Below are positions 38,240 to 48,101 of a stretch of DNA of 64,000 nt, one piece after another. The stretch's first letter is position 1. Every line of letters starts with the position of its first letter. The notes under the pieces were generated by a model that saw only the letters and a list, made by a program, of their open reading frames with translations, was not told the DNA's origin and ran no database searches. Source of the DNA: Candidatus Bathyarchaeota archaeon. Lineage in GTDB: Archaea; Thermoproteota; Bathyarchaeia; 40CM-2-53-6. The stretch lies in the NCBI GenBank assembly GCA_963733055.1, contig CAVTBR010000001.1, positions 1,120,001-1,184,000 on the forward strand. The letters are read 5' to 3'. Both the position numbers and the translations under genes were made by a program.

Positions 38240-39613
38240 TTGGCGAAGCTTGCGGCTTTGGGTGGTACGAAAACCGTTCAACTGCCAACGTATGAGTGGC
38301 CGGTTGAGTTCCTGAAACGCTACGGGCAAAGGGAGGCTGAGGCGGTTGCTAAGGTTATTCGGAGTGGGGTTGTTTGGGGAACCTTTGCTACCGAGATTTC
38401 CGCCTTCGAGCGCGAGTTCGCCCAGTATGAAGGTACGAAGTACGCGATCTTCATGAGTTCCGGCACGGCCGCACTTCACTGCGCGATGGCCGCGGCTGGC
38501 GTTCAACCGGGCGACGAGGTGATAACGAGTCCGCACACGTTCATCGGTTCAGCCTCATGCATCCTACAGCAGGGCGCAATCCCCGTCTTCGTAGACATCG
38601 ACCCAAGAACCTACACGGTAGACCCATCCAAAATCGAAGAGAAGATCAGCAAAGCAACCAAAGTTATCGAACCCGTCCACATCTACGGCCTACCTTCCAA
38701 CATGGATGCGATCCAGAAAATTGCTGACGCACATAACCTCGTTGTCGTTGAGGACTCATGCCAGGCTCATGGGGCGGAATACAAGGGAAAGAAAGTTGGA
38801 AGCGTCGGCGACATGGGCACCTTCAGCTTCAACGGAACCAAGAACATGCAGACTGGGGAAGGTGGTATGTTCGTCACAAACAGCGATGAGTATGCGGGAA
38901 CATCGGAGAAAGTCCGCATTTTCGGAGAATCCCTTCGTCCCGGCGTCGCACGGCCTTACATGGCGGGGGGCATGGGTTGGAACTACAAGTCAAACGAAAT
39001 AACCGCCGCCCTCGGAAGAGTACAACTGAGCAGGCTGAATGAGACAAACGCCGCGAGAATCGCAATGTCGGAATTCCTCACAAGCCGAATCAGCAAACTA
39101 CCGGGCCTGGTCCCTCCATTCATTCCGGATTACGCGAAGAGCGTTTACCATTACTACAAGATCCGGGTCGATCCAGCAAAAGTCGGCTCAAGGCTGCCTG
39201 CTAAGGACTTCAGGGATCGAGTCGTCGTGGCTCTGCAGGCGGAGGGCGTGAGGGCTGCGATCTGGTGTGCTAGGCCGATATACTTGCAGCCCGTCTTCCA
39301 ATCGAGGGAGGGTTGGGGCAAAGGGTTCCCCTGGAAGAGCCCCTACGTAACAAGAGACATCACCTACCCAGAAGGCCTCTGCCCAGTTGCGGAACGAATC
39401 TCCAACGAAACCTTCAACCTCTCACTTCACCCACCCAATGGCCTAGATTTGATGGAGCAGTATGCTCAGGCTTTCGAGAAAGTAATGGGACACACGGATG
39501 AACTGGAACAGGTGAAAGTCCCACCCTGGGAAGAATGGTGGGGCGGCTACGTCCCAGCGTTCGGCAAAAAGAAACAAGAGGCTAAACTGGAAGAAATATC
39601 AGGGTACCGCTAG
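38240..39613 (+). CDS. DegT/DnrJ/EryC1/StrS aminotransferase (inosose/aminocyclitol transaminase-like)
   Basis: Start probably TTG 38240 (MAKLAALGG...WP); SGTAAL, VEDSCQAHG and FSFNGTKNMQTGEGG (PLP Lys). Confidence 0.9.
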   Translation: MAKLAALGGTKTVQLPTYEWPVEFLKRYGQREAEAVAKVIRSGVVWGTFATEISAFEREFAQYEGTKYAIFMSSGTAALHCAMAAAGVQPGDEVITSPHTFIGSASCILQQGAIPVFVDIDPRTYTVDPSKIEEKISKATKVIEPVHIYGLPSNMDAIQKIADAHNLVVVEDSCQAHGAEYKGKKVGSVGDMGTFSFNGTKNMQTGEGGMFVTNSDEYAGTSEKVRIFGESLRPGVARPYMAGGMGWNYKSNEITAALGRVQLSRLNETNAARIAMSEFLTSRISKLPGLVPPFIPDYAKSVYHYYKIRVDPAKVGSRLPAKDFRDRVVVALQAEGVRAAIWCARPIYLQPVFQSREGWGKGFPWKSPYVTRDITYPEGLCPVAERISNETFNLSLHPPNGLDLMEQYAQAFEKVMGHTDELEQVKVPPWEEWWGGYVPAFGKKKQEAKLEEISGYR

Positions 39614-39671
39614 GAAACTCAAATACTCTGGTGACTAGAAGTCCTATTCGTTGAAAACTGAGGCCTGAATC

Positions 39672-40709
39672 TTGTCCTCTCTAACGGCGAATTCTGCGTT
39701 TGGGTATGACGTCTTCTTCCCTGCTTCAATTTTCAAAATGGTAACCGATGTTCGGGTGAACGATTCTGGGGTGATTGAGAAATCGGCTGGCCGTAGAAAG
39801 AAGAGGGAGAAGCTAACGGTTGATGGGAGACTAGCTATCCTTGCTGCCGATCATCCTGCGCGGAGGGTCACTAAGTCAGGTGACGATCCTCTAGCCATGG
39901 GAAACCGCCATAGCTACCTCTCCCGGGTTCTCAGAGTCGTAACTAGCCCGGAATTCGACGGTGTCATGGGGACGACGGACGTAATCGAAGACCTCCTAAT
40001 CGTTGACCAACTCATGGTCGAACACGGGGGCAAGAGCTTCCTTGATCGTAAAGTTCTGGTCGGGTGCATGAACCGTGGAGGTTTAAGCGGTTCAGAATTC
40101 GAAATGGACGATCGATTCACCTCTTTCACGGCCGACTCCGTCAACCGACTTCGCTTGGACGGCGCAAAGATGATGTTCAGGTTGGATCTGAAAGACACAA
40201 GATCCCTTGACACCATAGTATCCTGCGCCGACGCTGTTACACAATTAAACAAGCATTCGATCGCGGTCTTCCTTGAGGCGTTCAGCGTAGAAAAAACACC
40301 GGAAGGATACAAGGCGCAGAAGAGTGCTGGTGAGCTAATCAAAACGATAGGTGTGGCTACGGCACTTGGAGATTCATCACGCGGAATTTGGTTGAAAGTT
40401 CCATATTGTGACGGCTTTGATCGGGTGGCAAAATCAACCAGTTGCCCAATCCTGATGCTGGGAGGGGAATCATTGGGGAACTTGTCGGGAGTTTTCAAGG
40501 AATTCAGCGACGGTATGGCTGCAGGACAAACCGTTAGGGGGGCGCTCGTGGGACGGAACATTCTCTACCCTGGGCAGGAAGATCCGTCAGCTGTCGCCGA
40601 CGCCGTGAGCAAAATAGTGCACCAAAACTTCACAGTTGAACAAGCCCTCAGCCACATCAAATCGGTTCGCGGCCAGAACATGGGGAACCTGACCTCGGTA
40701 ATTGCGTGA
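39672..40709 (+). CDS. Cgl0159-like class I aldolase-fold barrel
   Basis: LAADHPAR, MNRGGL.G..FEMDDRFT, GAKMM, WLKVP, LMLGG and GALVGR; family associated with inositol clusters. Confidence 0.75.
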   Translation: MSSLTANSAFGYDVFFPASIFKMVTDVRVNDSGVIEKSAGRRKKREKLTVDGRLAILAADHPARRVTKSGDDPLAMGNRHSYLSRVLRVVTSPEFDGVMGTTDVIEDLLIVDQLMVEHGGKSFLDRKVLVGCMNRGGLSGSEFEMDDRFTSFTADSVNRLRLDGAKMMFRLDLKDTRSLDTIVSCADAVTQLNKHSIAVFLEAFSVEKTPEGYKAQKSAGELIKTIGVATALGDSSRGIWLKVPYCDGFDRVAKSTSCPILMLGGESLGNLSGVFKEFSDGMAAGQTVRGALVGRNILYPGQEDPSAVADAVSKIVHQNFTVEQALSHIKSVRGQNMGNLTSVIA

Positions 40710-41931
40710 AACCTTGACTGAGAACCTCCTCATAGCCCAATCAGGCGGACCGACCGCAGTCATTAACAGTAGTATCTCCGGGATCATCGAACAAGCCAAG
40801 CAACAGAGTAAAGTCGGCTCAATTTACGGCGCAGTAAATGGAATTCTCGGCGTCCTCAACGAGGATCTCGTCGACCTACGCCAAGAAGACCCGTCAACGA
40901 TCTCGATGCTCAGGAAAACCCCCTCCGCTGCTCTAGGCTCCTGCCGGTACAAGTTGACCAAAGACGACTATTCCCGGCTGCTGGAAGTCTTTGCGGCCCA
41001 CAACATTTCCTACTTCCTCTGCGCTGGCGGGAACGACTCCATGGATACAGCTCACAGGGTAGCTCAACTTGCTTCTGAAAGAAAATACGACGTAACGGTG
41101 ATTGGCGTCCCGAAGACCGTCGACAACGACCTTATGGTTACCGACCACTGTCCAGGATACGGGAGCGTCGCACGATTCAACGCGATCGCCGTCCGAGATT
41201 CCGGTTTGGACACAGAAGCCATCTACACAGCCGACCCAGTGAAGATCATCGAAACGATGGGCAGGGACACGGGTTGGATAACCGCAAGTACGGCCTTAGC
41301 TAGGGACGGGGCTGATAGTGCTCCTCATCTAATCTACCTGCCCGAACGCCCGTTTGGAGCAGCTAGTTTTCTTGCGGACGTCAAATCCATTCACGATAGG
41401 CTTGGAAGGGTTGTGGTATGCGTGTGTGAGGGGTTGAAGGATGAGAAGGGCGAATTCGTGAAGGCCTCCTCGAAACAGATAGACACGGACAAGTTTGGGC
41501 ACGCGCAACTAGGCGGTGTTGGAGATTATCTGGCGAGCTTAGTTTCTGAGAAGCTGAAAATCAAGGCGCGCTGCGATAAACCGGGAACAATTCAGAGAGT
41601 CTCAATGATGTGCGCGTCCCGGGTAGATCTGGATGAAGCCTACCGCGTAGGACAGGCTGCAGTCTCACAGGCCGTAGGTGGAGAGTCTGACAAGATGGTT
41701 ACATTGGTAAGAAGTTCGAACGATCCATACAAATGCGAAACTGGCCTCGTCGAACTGGAACAAGTCGCGCTCAAAACCAAGAAAGTTCCGATTGAATTCA
41801 TCAATAACGAATCCAACTTCGTCAGCGAGCGATTCCTCGATTACGCGAGACCTCTAATTGGCGGGCCACTGCCAGAATATGCTCATTTGGAGAGAAAAAG
41901 GGTAGGCAGACATCTCCCAGTCCGCGCGTAA
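40702..41931 (+). CDS. pfp: PfkA-family kinase with PPi-dependent signature
   Basis: AQSGGPTAVIN, GGNDS (Asp), PKTVDND (Lys), ETMGRDTGW. Confidence 0.85.
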   Translation: MRETLTENLLIAQSGGPTAVINSSISGIIEQAKQQSKVGSIYGAVNGILGVLNEDLVDLRQEDPSTISMLRKTPSAALGSCRYKLTKDDYSRLLEVFAAHNISYFLCAGGNDSMDTAHRVAQLASERKYDVTVIGVPKTVDNDLMVTDHCPGYGSVARFNAIAVRDSGLDTEAIYTADPVKIIETMGRDTGWITASTALARDGADSAPHLIYLPERPFGAASFLADVKSIHDRLGRVVVCVCEGLKDEKGEFVKASSKQIDTDKFGHAQLGGVGDYLASLVSEKLKIKARCDKPGTIQRVSMMCASRVDLDEAYRVGQAAVSQAVGGESDKMVTLVRSSNDPYKCETGLVELEQVALKTKKVPIEFINNESNFVSERFLDYARPLIGGPLPEYAHLERKRVGRHLPVRA

Positions 41932-41994
41932 CTCTCGCTGGGAGCGGCTGGCAAGTCTTTTCTATTGGATGAGTTGATTCGAGCGAGGATTCGT

Positions 41995-43175
41995 ATGGCG
42001 CAGAAACAAGTCGCAGCAGTTTTACACGCTGACTGGAAGGCACGGCCAGACTACAAGCCCACGGACGAGGAATTGAGAACTAAACGGGCTACCTATGCGA
42101 GCAGGGTTTGGCACAACCCGAGGGTGGTAGTTGAAGAGATCCCGATCCCCGAAGTTGGGCCGAAAGATGTCCTGGTCCGGTTGAAGGCATGTGGCATCTG
42201 CGGATCTGACATGCACCTCTACGAGAGCGACAAGGACGGTTACATTCTGTACCCAGGCCTCGTGAAGACCCCCGTGGTTCTCGGCCATGAACTCTCAGGT
42301 CAGGTAGAGAGGGTGGGAAGTGAGGTTTCTAACTTGAAACCCGGCGACATGGTCGTTTGTGAGGAGATGTGGTGGTGTGGTGAATGCGATCCGTGTAGGA
42401 CCGGTTACCTCAATCAATGCATCAACCTGATGGAAATGGGCTTCACCGACAACGGCGGCTGCGAGCAATACATGAACATCCACTACAAATTCTGCTGGAA
42501 AATTAACGATTTCAAGAAAGTCTTCAAAACTGAAGACAAGATTTACGAAGCCGGTTCACTCGTCGAACCAGCATGCGTTGCATACAACGCCATGTTCGTA
42601 CGCGCGGAAGGCTTCAAACCAGGCTCCGCGGTGGTTGTCTGGGCGCGGGCCCAATTGGTTTAGGTGCGATTGCTCTCGCGAGAGCCGCCGGTGCGGGGAA
42701 GGTCATCGCGTTTGAGCCCCGCAACAAGCGCGCGGAGATTGCAAGGCAAGTAGGTGCGGACGAGGTTTTCGACCAATTCGCGCTGCTCAAATCTGGAACT
42801 CAGCCTTGGGAGAAAATATTGGAGTTGACTGGTGGGGAAGGGGTTGACATGCACGTCGAGTCTGCGGGCGACCCAACTTTCGTCATGCCCCAAGCCGAAC
42901 GCTGTATGAACTTCGGCGGGAAGATCGTCGACATTGGAAGAGCGGATAAGGCCTCGCCGGTTTTCTTTGAACTATACCAAGTAAGGGCCTTGCAGGCGTA
43001 TGGGAGCCAAGGGCATGCAGGTGGCGGTGTGTGGCCTAACGTTATCAAACTCATGGCCTCGGGGAGGGTGGACACGACGAAGATCATCACAAGCCGCTAC
43101 GGTGTCTCAGACGTGCCCAAAGCCCTTGAAAAACTAAAGGACCGCGAAGACGCCAAAGTCACCATCAAACCCTAA
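41995..43175 (+). CDS. iolM: scyllo-inosose 3-dehydrogenase (IolM), split by a -1 frameshift at 42641-42643
   Basis: LHADW..RPDYK, GYILYPGL, EEMWWCG, GSLVEP and GSQGH as recalled for Thermotoga IolM; adding one G to TGGGCGCG restores VWGAGPIG. Confidence 0.85.
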
Positions 43176-43204
43176 CACCCGCGAAAATATCTCGAGATAG
43201 AGAT

Positions 43205-44380
43205 ATGCAATACCGGGAACTCCACGCGCCTAACATAGGCGTTGGGTTGGTGGGGTATAGCATCGGCAGGGTTCACACCCACGCCTGGCTGAACATGCCT
43301 CTACACTACTACCCCCCACCCGCAAAACCAATACTCGTGGCGGTCGCCGGACGAAACCGTGACCGTCTGACGGCTTTTGCAGAGAAATTTGGTTACAAGA
43401 AAACATACGACAACGCAATGAACCTCGTGAAGGACCCTGAGGTTGACGTCGTCGATTTATGCACGCCACCCTTCGCTCACTCCGAGATAGCAATCCAGGC
43501 GTGCGAGTTGGGAAAGCATGTCATCTGCGAAAAGCCCCTCGCTCGAACGGGTAAAGAAGCTCAAACGATGCTTCGTGCCGCAGAAAGGGCCGGCGTTAAA
43601 CACATGGCCGCTTTCAATTACAGATTCATACCTGCGGTCAGCTTTGCAAGGAAGCTTATCATGGAAGGGTTTGTTGGGCGCGTGCTCAGTTTTCGTGGAG
43701 CGTACTTGAACGTGGAAGTGGGCGATCTAGGATACATCAACCCCGACTTTCCGCTTGATTGGCACTTCAAGAATGAAACCGCTGGGTACGGAGCGCTCAG
43801 CGACCTAGGATCACACATCCTGGACCTCGCAAGATATCTTGTCGGAGAGATCGCTTCAGTGGCGGGTGCAACTGCGACCTACGTTAAAGAACGCCCTCTG
43901 CCAGAATCACCCGGGAAGAAGGGAAGGGTAGAAGTGGACGATTCAACCGTCGCCGCGGTGAAATTCGCAAATGGCGCTTTGGGGACGATTGAAGCTAGCT
44001 GGATGGCGCCGGGGAGAAAGGACTTTCTCCGGTTCGAAATCCTTGGAAGTGAGGGATCGCTCCGTTTCAACCTCGAACGCCTAAATGAGCTCGAAATATT
44101 TTCGCTCAAAGACCCGAACGAGCTTAGAGGCTTCAGGGATGTTTGGACAACTTCCAAGACCCATCCTTACATGGATAAGTTCTGGTTTGAACAGGGAGGG
44201 GGGTTCGGTTGGGACCACGCATTCGTAAACGAAGTTCACCATTTCACCAACTGCATAGTCAACGACAAACCGGTCGAACCGGAAGGGGCAACGTTTCTGG
44301 ACGGGTATAGGAATTGTTTGGTTATGGATGCGATCGCTAAATCTGCGTCGACAGACCGCTGGGTTCACATCGCGAACTAA
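43205..44380 (+). CDS. Gfo/Idh/MocA oxidoreductase (resembles the levoglucosan-dehydrogenase-like subgroup)
   Basis: CEKPLA, AFNYRF, GALSDLGSH, VDD and HPY motifs. Confidence 0.85.
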   Translation: MQYRELHAPNIGVGLVGYSIGRVHTHAWLNMPLHYYPPPAKPILVAVAGRNRDRLTAFAEKFGYKKTYDNAMNLVKDPEVDVVDLCTPPFAHSEIAIQACELGKHVICEKPLARTGKEAQTMLRAAERAGVKHMAAFNYRFIPAVSFARKLIMEGFVGRVLSFRGAYLNVEVGDLGYINPDFPLDWHFKNETAGYGALSDLGSHILDLARYLVGEIASVAGATATYVKERPLPESPGKKGRVEVDDSTVAAVKFANGALGTIEASWMAPGRKDFLRFEILGSEGSLRFNLERLNELEIFSLKDPNELRGFRDVWTTSKTHPYMDKFWFEQGGGFGWDHAFVNEVHHFTNCIVNDKPVEPEGATFLDGYRNCLVMDAIAKSASTDRWVHIAN

Positions 44381-44436
44381 ATCTTGAATCTTAAATACGC
44401 AAACTCCTCTCCCTGAACAGAACGGTGTATTGTGAA

Positions 44437-45408
44437 ATGGGTAAATGGAAACTTCCTCCCACCGGCGGGCATATGGAGAAACAGGATGGAATTTACTTCC
44501 AGAACATGACGATGAATCAGGTGCATGAGAGGCTCAAGAAGAACGACCTAATCATAATCCCACTCGGCGCGACTGAAAACCACGGCCCCCACGCGGCCGT
44601 TGGTGAAGACATCTATTTGGTTTGTCGGATGGCTGAGATGGTGGCGGAGAAAACTGGGTGCACGGTTGCCCAACCTTTCTGGTACGGCTCACACCCCTAT
44701 CACCACATGGGCATGCCGGGTACGGTGATTATAGACGATGATGCGTTCAAAGCGACGCTGCGCGGCATTATGGCGGGGTTCTGGAACGCTGGGTTCAGAA
44801 AGCAGATTCTGTTCAACGGACACGGACAGGAGTACGTCATCCCATCCGCGATTCACCAATTTGCAAAGAGATACCAAGTTCCCGGCGTGTTCATCAACCT
44901 GAACTGGTGGGCCATCTCCCCGCAACATATCAAGGACAAGGAGCATGGGGGCCCGTTCGAAACTCCGTTCATTCACGCGGATGAAGTTGAAACATCCTAC
45001 AGCTTAGCCCTATTCCCCGAATTAATGAAAATGGAAGACGCGGTTGATTCGGACACGTACGGTTTCCTCCCCAACCACGGCCGGCATGTGGACAAGGCGG
45101 CCAACGCCTACCAACGCCCAATCGCCTGGTACGGCCAGATGGGTGCCTCGGCTATGGAGATTTACGCCTACCCGAAAGGAGTGGTGGGGAAAGCAACCCT
45201 CGCCAAAGCAGAGAAAGCCTACCCAGGCGTCGAAGCTATTCTCGACTACATGGTTGAATTGCATGATGACATAATGAAGAAATTCCCCGCAGGCGTCCTC
45301 CCACCCGTCGAGCAAGTAACTAACCGAAACAAAGCCGACATCGAAGCCGTGATTAAGGGCCCGTTGAAGGGCGGACGTCACATCTACACTCTCGCCTATC
45401 CACCCTAA
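44437..45408 (+). CDS. iolN: 3-dehydro-scyllo-inosose hydrolase (IolN, creatininase family)
   Basis: GIYFQNM, TENHGP, HPYHHMGMPGT, NGHGQE, ETPFIHADEVET and HVDKA, as recalled for Thermotoga IolN. Confidence 0.9.
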   Translation: MGKWKLPPTGGHMEKQDGIYFQNMTMNQVHERLKKNDLIIIPLGATENHGPHAAVGEDIYLVCRMAEMVAEKTGCTVAQPFWYGSHPYHHMGMPGTVIIDDDAFKATLRGIMAGFWNAGFRKQILFNGHGQEYVIPSAIHQFAKRYQVPGVFINLNWWAISPQHIKDKEHGGPFETPFIHADEVETSYSLALFPELMKMEDAVDSDTYGFLPNHGRHVDKAANAYQRPIAWYGQMGASAMEIYAYPKGVVGKATLAKAEKAYPGVEAILDYMVELHDDIMKKFPAGVLPPVEQVTNRNKADIEAVIKGPLKGGRHIYTLAYPP

Positions 45409-45461
45409 CCTCTCATCTTTCTGAGAAAGTAGGCCACGAAGGATCTAAACAGAGTTCATTT

Positions 45462-45497
45462 GAGAAAGAAAGAAAATCAGGCGGAAGCAGTCCGCCT
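45462..45497 (-). terminator. Hairpin plus T-tract terminator after the micro-ORF
   Basis: 7-bp stem AGGCGGA/TCCGCCT (45479-45497), then GATTTTCTTTCTTTCTC on the minus strand. Confidence 0.65.
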
Positions 45498-45512
45498 CTC
45501 TGGCAAGAGAAC

Positions 45513-45593
45513 TTAAGCTACTTGTTCCTCTTGTCTTATGTTCTTGTCGTGCTCCTTACCTAAGCTCATCTTAACTTTGCGTTTCTTGGCCAT
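45513..45593 (-). CDS. 26-aa basic micro-protein
   Basis: MAKKRKVKMSLGKEHDKNIRQEEQVA; GGAGGTG 8 nt upstream of the ATG, TTAAATA box near 45643-45649, terminator downstream. Confidence 0.65.
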   Translation of the reverse strand: MAKKRKVKMSLGKEHDKNIRQEEQVA

Positions 45594-45729
45594 CCCTCAA
45601 ACACCTCCACTAATTGTCTAGAAACACCATATGTCGTTCAAGTATTTAACGCGGCTTGGAGAGAAAGTCCTAAAGAGTAATTATGCCCAATTTCCACTCG
45701 GTAGAAATTAAGCCAGCATAGGCCTTAGC

Positions 45730-46758
45730 TTACATGGTGATTACGGTCTTCACGGCTTCTCCCTTCCTGTTTAGAGTGAAGGCTTTGTCGATTTCCTTCA
45801 AGGGAATTTCGTGGGTGACGATTACGTCAACCGGGACGAAGCCCGCGTCCAGCATCTCAATGGCGGGCCTAAAGCTTGCGACTTGGGTATGGGTTCCGAG
45901 TATGTCCTTCTCGTAGCGCATGATGTCGAAGGGGCTGAATTTCGCCTCCGCCTCGGGTCTGCATGTCCCCATTATAACCACCCTTCCTCCATACGCGGAT
46001 GATTGAAGCGCGGCTTCCACCGTCTCAATCTTCCCGATAACTTCAACCGCAACATCCGCGCCCTGACCCCCAGTTTCTTCCTTAACCCGTTTCACCGGGT
46101 TCTCGGAGGATGGGTCGATTGTTACGTTTGCTCCGACGTTGAGGGCTGCTTCTCTTCTCTTAGGCGCGATCTCTACGGCGATTATTTTGCGGGCCCCAGC
46201 TTTACCTAACAAGCTCACCCAGAACAACCCCATAGGCCCAGCCCCATAAACCACGGCAGTGTCGGATGGTTTCACTCTTGCGCGGAGGAAACCGTTGACG
46301 ACGCACGAGAAGGGTTCCGTCATGGCGGCTGTCTTCCAATTCATTTGCTTAGGCACCTTGAAGACAAATCCTTCGGGCGCGCGCATGTAATTGGCGAACC
46401 CTCCGTCTATGTCCTCGCCAATGCTGACAAGGTTCTCACAAAGGTTAGGCCTATCCGACCTGCAATACCTGCAAACCCCACATCTCAGGTTTGGGTCGAC
46501 AACAACATGATCCCCAACCGCCACACTCTTCACATCCTTCCCTACCTCAAAAACCTCTCCAGCGCACTCGTGGCCGAGAATCACCGGAGGCTTCGCGGGG
46601 TGGCGCCCTTCTAGAACGGCGAGATCGGTTCCGCACATTCCACATGCTCGCATACGGATGATAACATCATTCCTTCCTGACGCGACCGGAGCCTCTACCT
46701 CGACAACTTTAACGCCGCCCTCGATTCCTTCGAAACGAGCACCGAACATCTTCCCCAA
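45730..46758 (-). CDS. Zn-dependent (MDR) polyol dehydrogenase
   Basis: CGTD, GHE, C-x2-C-x2-C-x7-C, GAGPMG. Confidence 0.9.
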   Translation of the reverse strand: MGKMFGARFEGIEGGVKVVEVEAPVASGRNDVIIRMRACGMCGTDLAVLEGRHPAKPPVILGHECAGEVFEVGKDVKSVAVGDHVVVDPNLRCGVCRYCRSDRPNLCENLVSIGEDIDGGFANYMRAPEGFVFKVPKQMNWKTAAMTEPFSCVVNGFLRARVKPSDTAVVYGAGPMGLFWVSLLGKAGARKIIAVEIAPKRREAALNVGANVTIDPSSENPVKRVKEETGGQGADVAVEVIGKIETVEAALQSSAYGGRVVIMGTCRPEAEAKFSPFDIMRYEKDILGTHTQVASFRPAIEMLDAGFVPVDVIVTHEIPLKEIDKAFTLNRKGEAVKTVITM

Positions 46759-46850
46759 TCAAAACTCAACTCAATGCTCTCGGTGCACCCTTTGCTCTTA
46801 TAAAATTCAGCTTCACCGAGAAAAAGGGGCCCTATCACGGGGGAGTACCG

Positions 46851-48011
46851 TTACTTTTTCGGGGTTACCACAACTTTCATCGAGTCCGGCGCGATGGATT
46901 TCTTCAACGCTTCCTCTGCTGATCCGACTCCGAATTGGTGGGTGACTGCCTTAGAGAATTGAATCGCTCCACGATTGTTCTCGATCATTTTGAGGACTCG
47001 GCCGTACGCTTGGTATGGCATCCCTGCCGCCCCAATGATTCTTGCATTCTTTGCTACGATCTGGCGAGAAGCCGAAATTTGTGTGGGCGCCTCCTCTACG
47101 AACGCCCCCTCTACCAAATAAGTGCCCCCAAGCCGAAGCATATCCAGGCCCTCCGACAGAATTCCAGGATCTCCAGTGCACTCAACGACTAGGTCGGCCC
47201 CGAGGCCGTCGGTGAGTTCCATGACACGCGCCGTCCGTTCCTCTTCTCTCGGATAATCGTTCAGGCTGATCGTTTCGTTTACGCAGAGTTCCTTGGCGAG
47301 CTTAAGACGGTATTCGGATTTGTCTACAGCTATTATTTTCCCTGCCCCTAGCATCTTGGCCATGAAAGCGTTACAGATTCCCAGTGGACCGATTCCCTGA
47401 ACGACTACAGCGTCTGCCGGAGCATAACCTTCTTTCGAGTTCGGCCCTTGGAAAGCTCGCCCAAAGGCGCCATAAGCGACCGCTAGCTGTTCAGCCAAAA
47501 CCGCCTCCTCATCCGAAAGCTGAGAGGGGACTCGGAACATGAAAGTTCCAGGGAGGATGTACATCATCTCTGCCCACCCCCCGAACAGGTGCGGGGGCTG
47601 TTCGCAACTGATCACGTCTCCGTAGCTTCGGTGGTTCAGACACCAAGGATACCCGTACACGTTTCTGCAGTAGTAGCAATGGCCGCAAACGATATCGGCT
47701 GAGATGACTACGCGTTCACCTGCCTTAAGCGGTGAACCATCAGTGCTCATGTCTCTTGAAGCGTTTCTCCCAATCTTCTCTATGACTCCTAAGTTCTCGT
47801 GACCGGGAATCACTGGAAAAGTTACAACGGCGCCGGGAAGCCCAAGCTTCGTCTGGCCGGAGTACATGTGCTTGTCCGTTCCACAAATCGCGGACCCGAG
47901 CATACGCACTAATGCAGAATCATCCGTAACCTCAGGAATAGGAAAACTCCTGGTAATCATCTTTCCAGGCGCAGCCATCACCGCTGCCCTAACAGATCCG
48001 GTTGACTTCAA
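46851..48011 (-). CDS. Zn-dependent (MDR) dehydrogenase
   Basis: Start probably TTG 48011; CGTD, GHE, CGHCYYC...C, GIGPLG. Confidence 0.9.
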   Translation of the reverse strand: MKSTGSVRAAVMAAPGKMITRSFPIPEVTDDSALVRMLGSAICGTDKHMYSGQTKLGLPGAVVTFPVIPGHENLGVIEKIGRNASRDMSTDGSPLKAGERVVISADIVCGHCYYCRNVYGYPWCLNHRSYGDVISCEQPPHLFGGWAEMMYILPGTFMFRVPSQLSDEEAVLAEQLAVAYGAFGRAFQGPNSKEGYAPADAVVVQGIGPLGICNAFMAKMLGAGKIIAVDKSEYRLKLAKELCVNETISLNDYPREEERTARVMELTDGLGADLVVECTGDPGILSEGLDMLRLGGTYLVEGAFVEEAPTQISASRQIVAKNARIIGAAGMPYQAYGRVLKMIENNRGAIQFSKAVTHQFGVGSAEEALKKSIAPDSMKVVVTPKK

Positions 48012-48101
48012 ACCACAATTCTCCAGGCTTCCTGATTGAGCGAAGATAGTTATGTTATATTCGATTGTTGTGGAAAGTTCAGCCGAGAATGTTTGGCGAC
48101 C

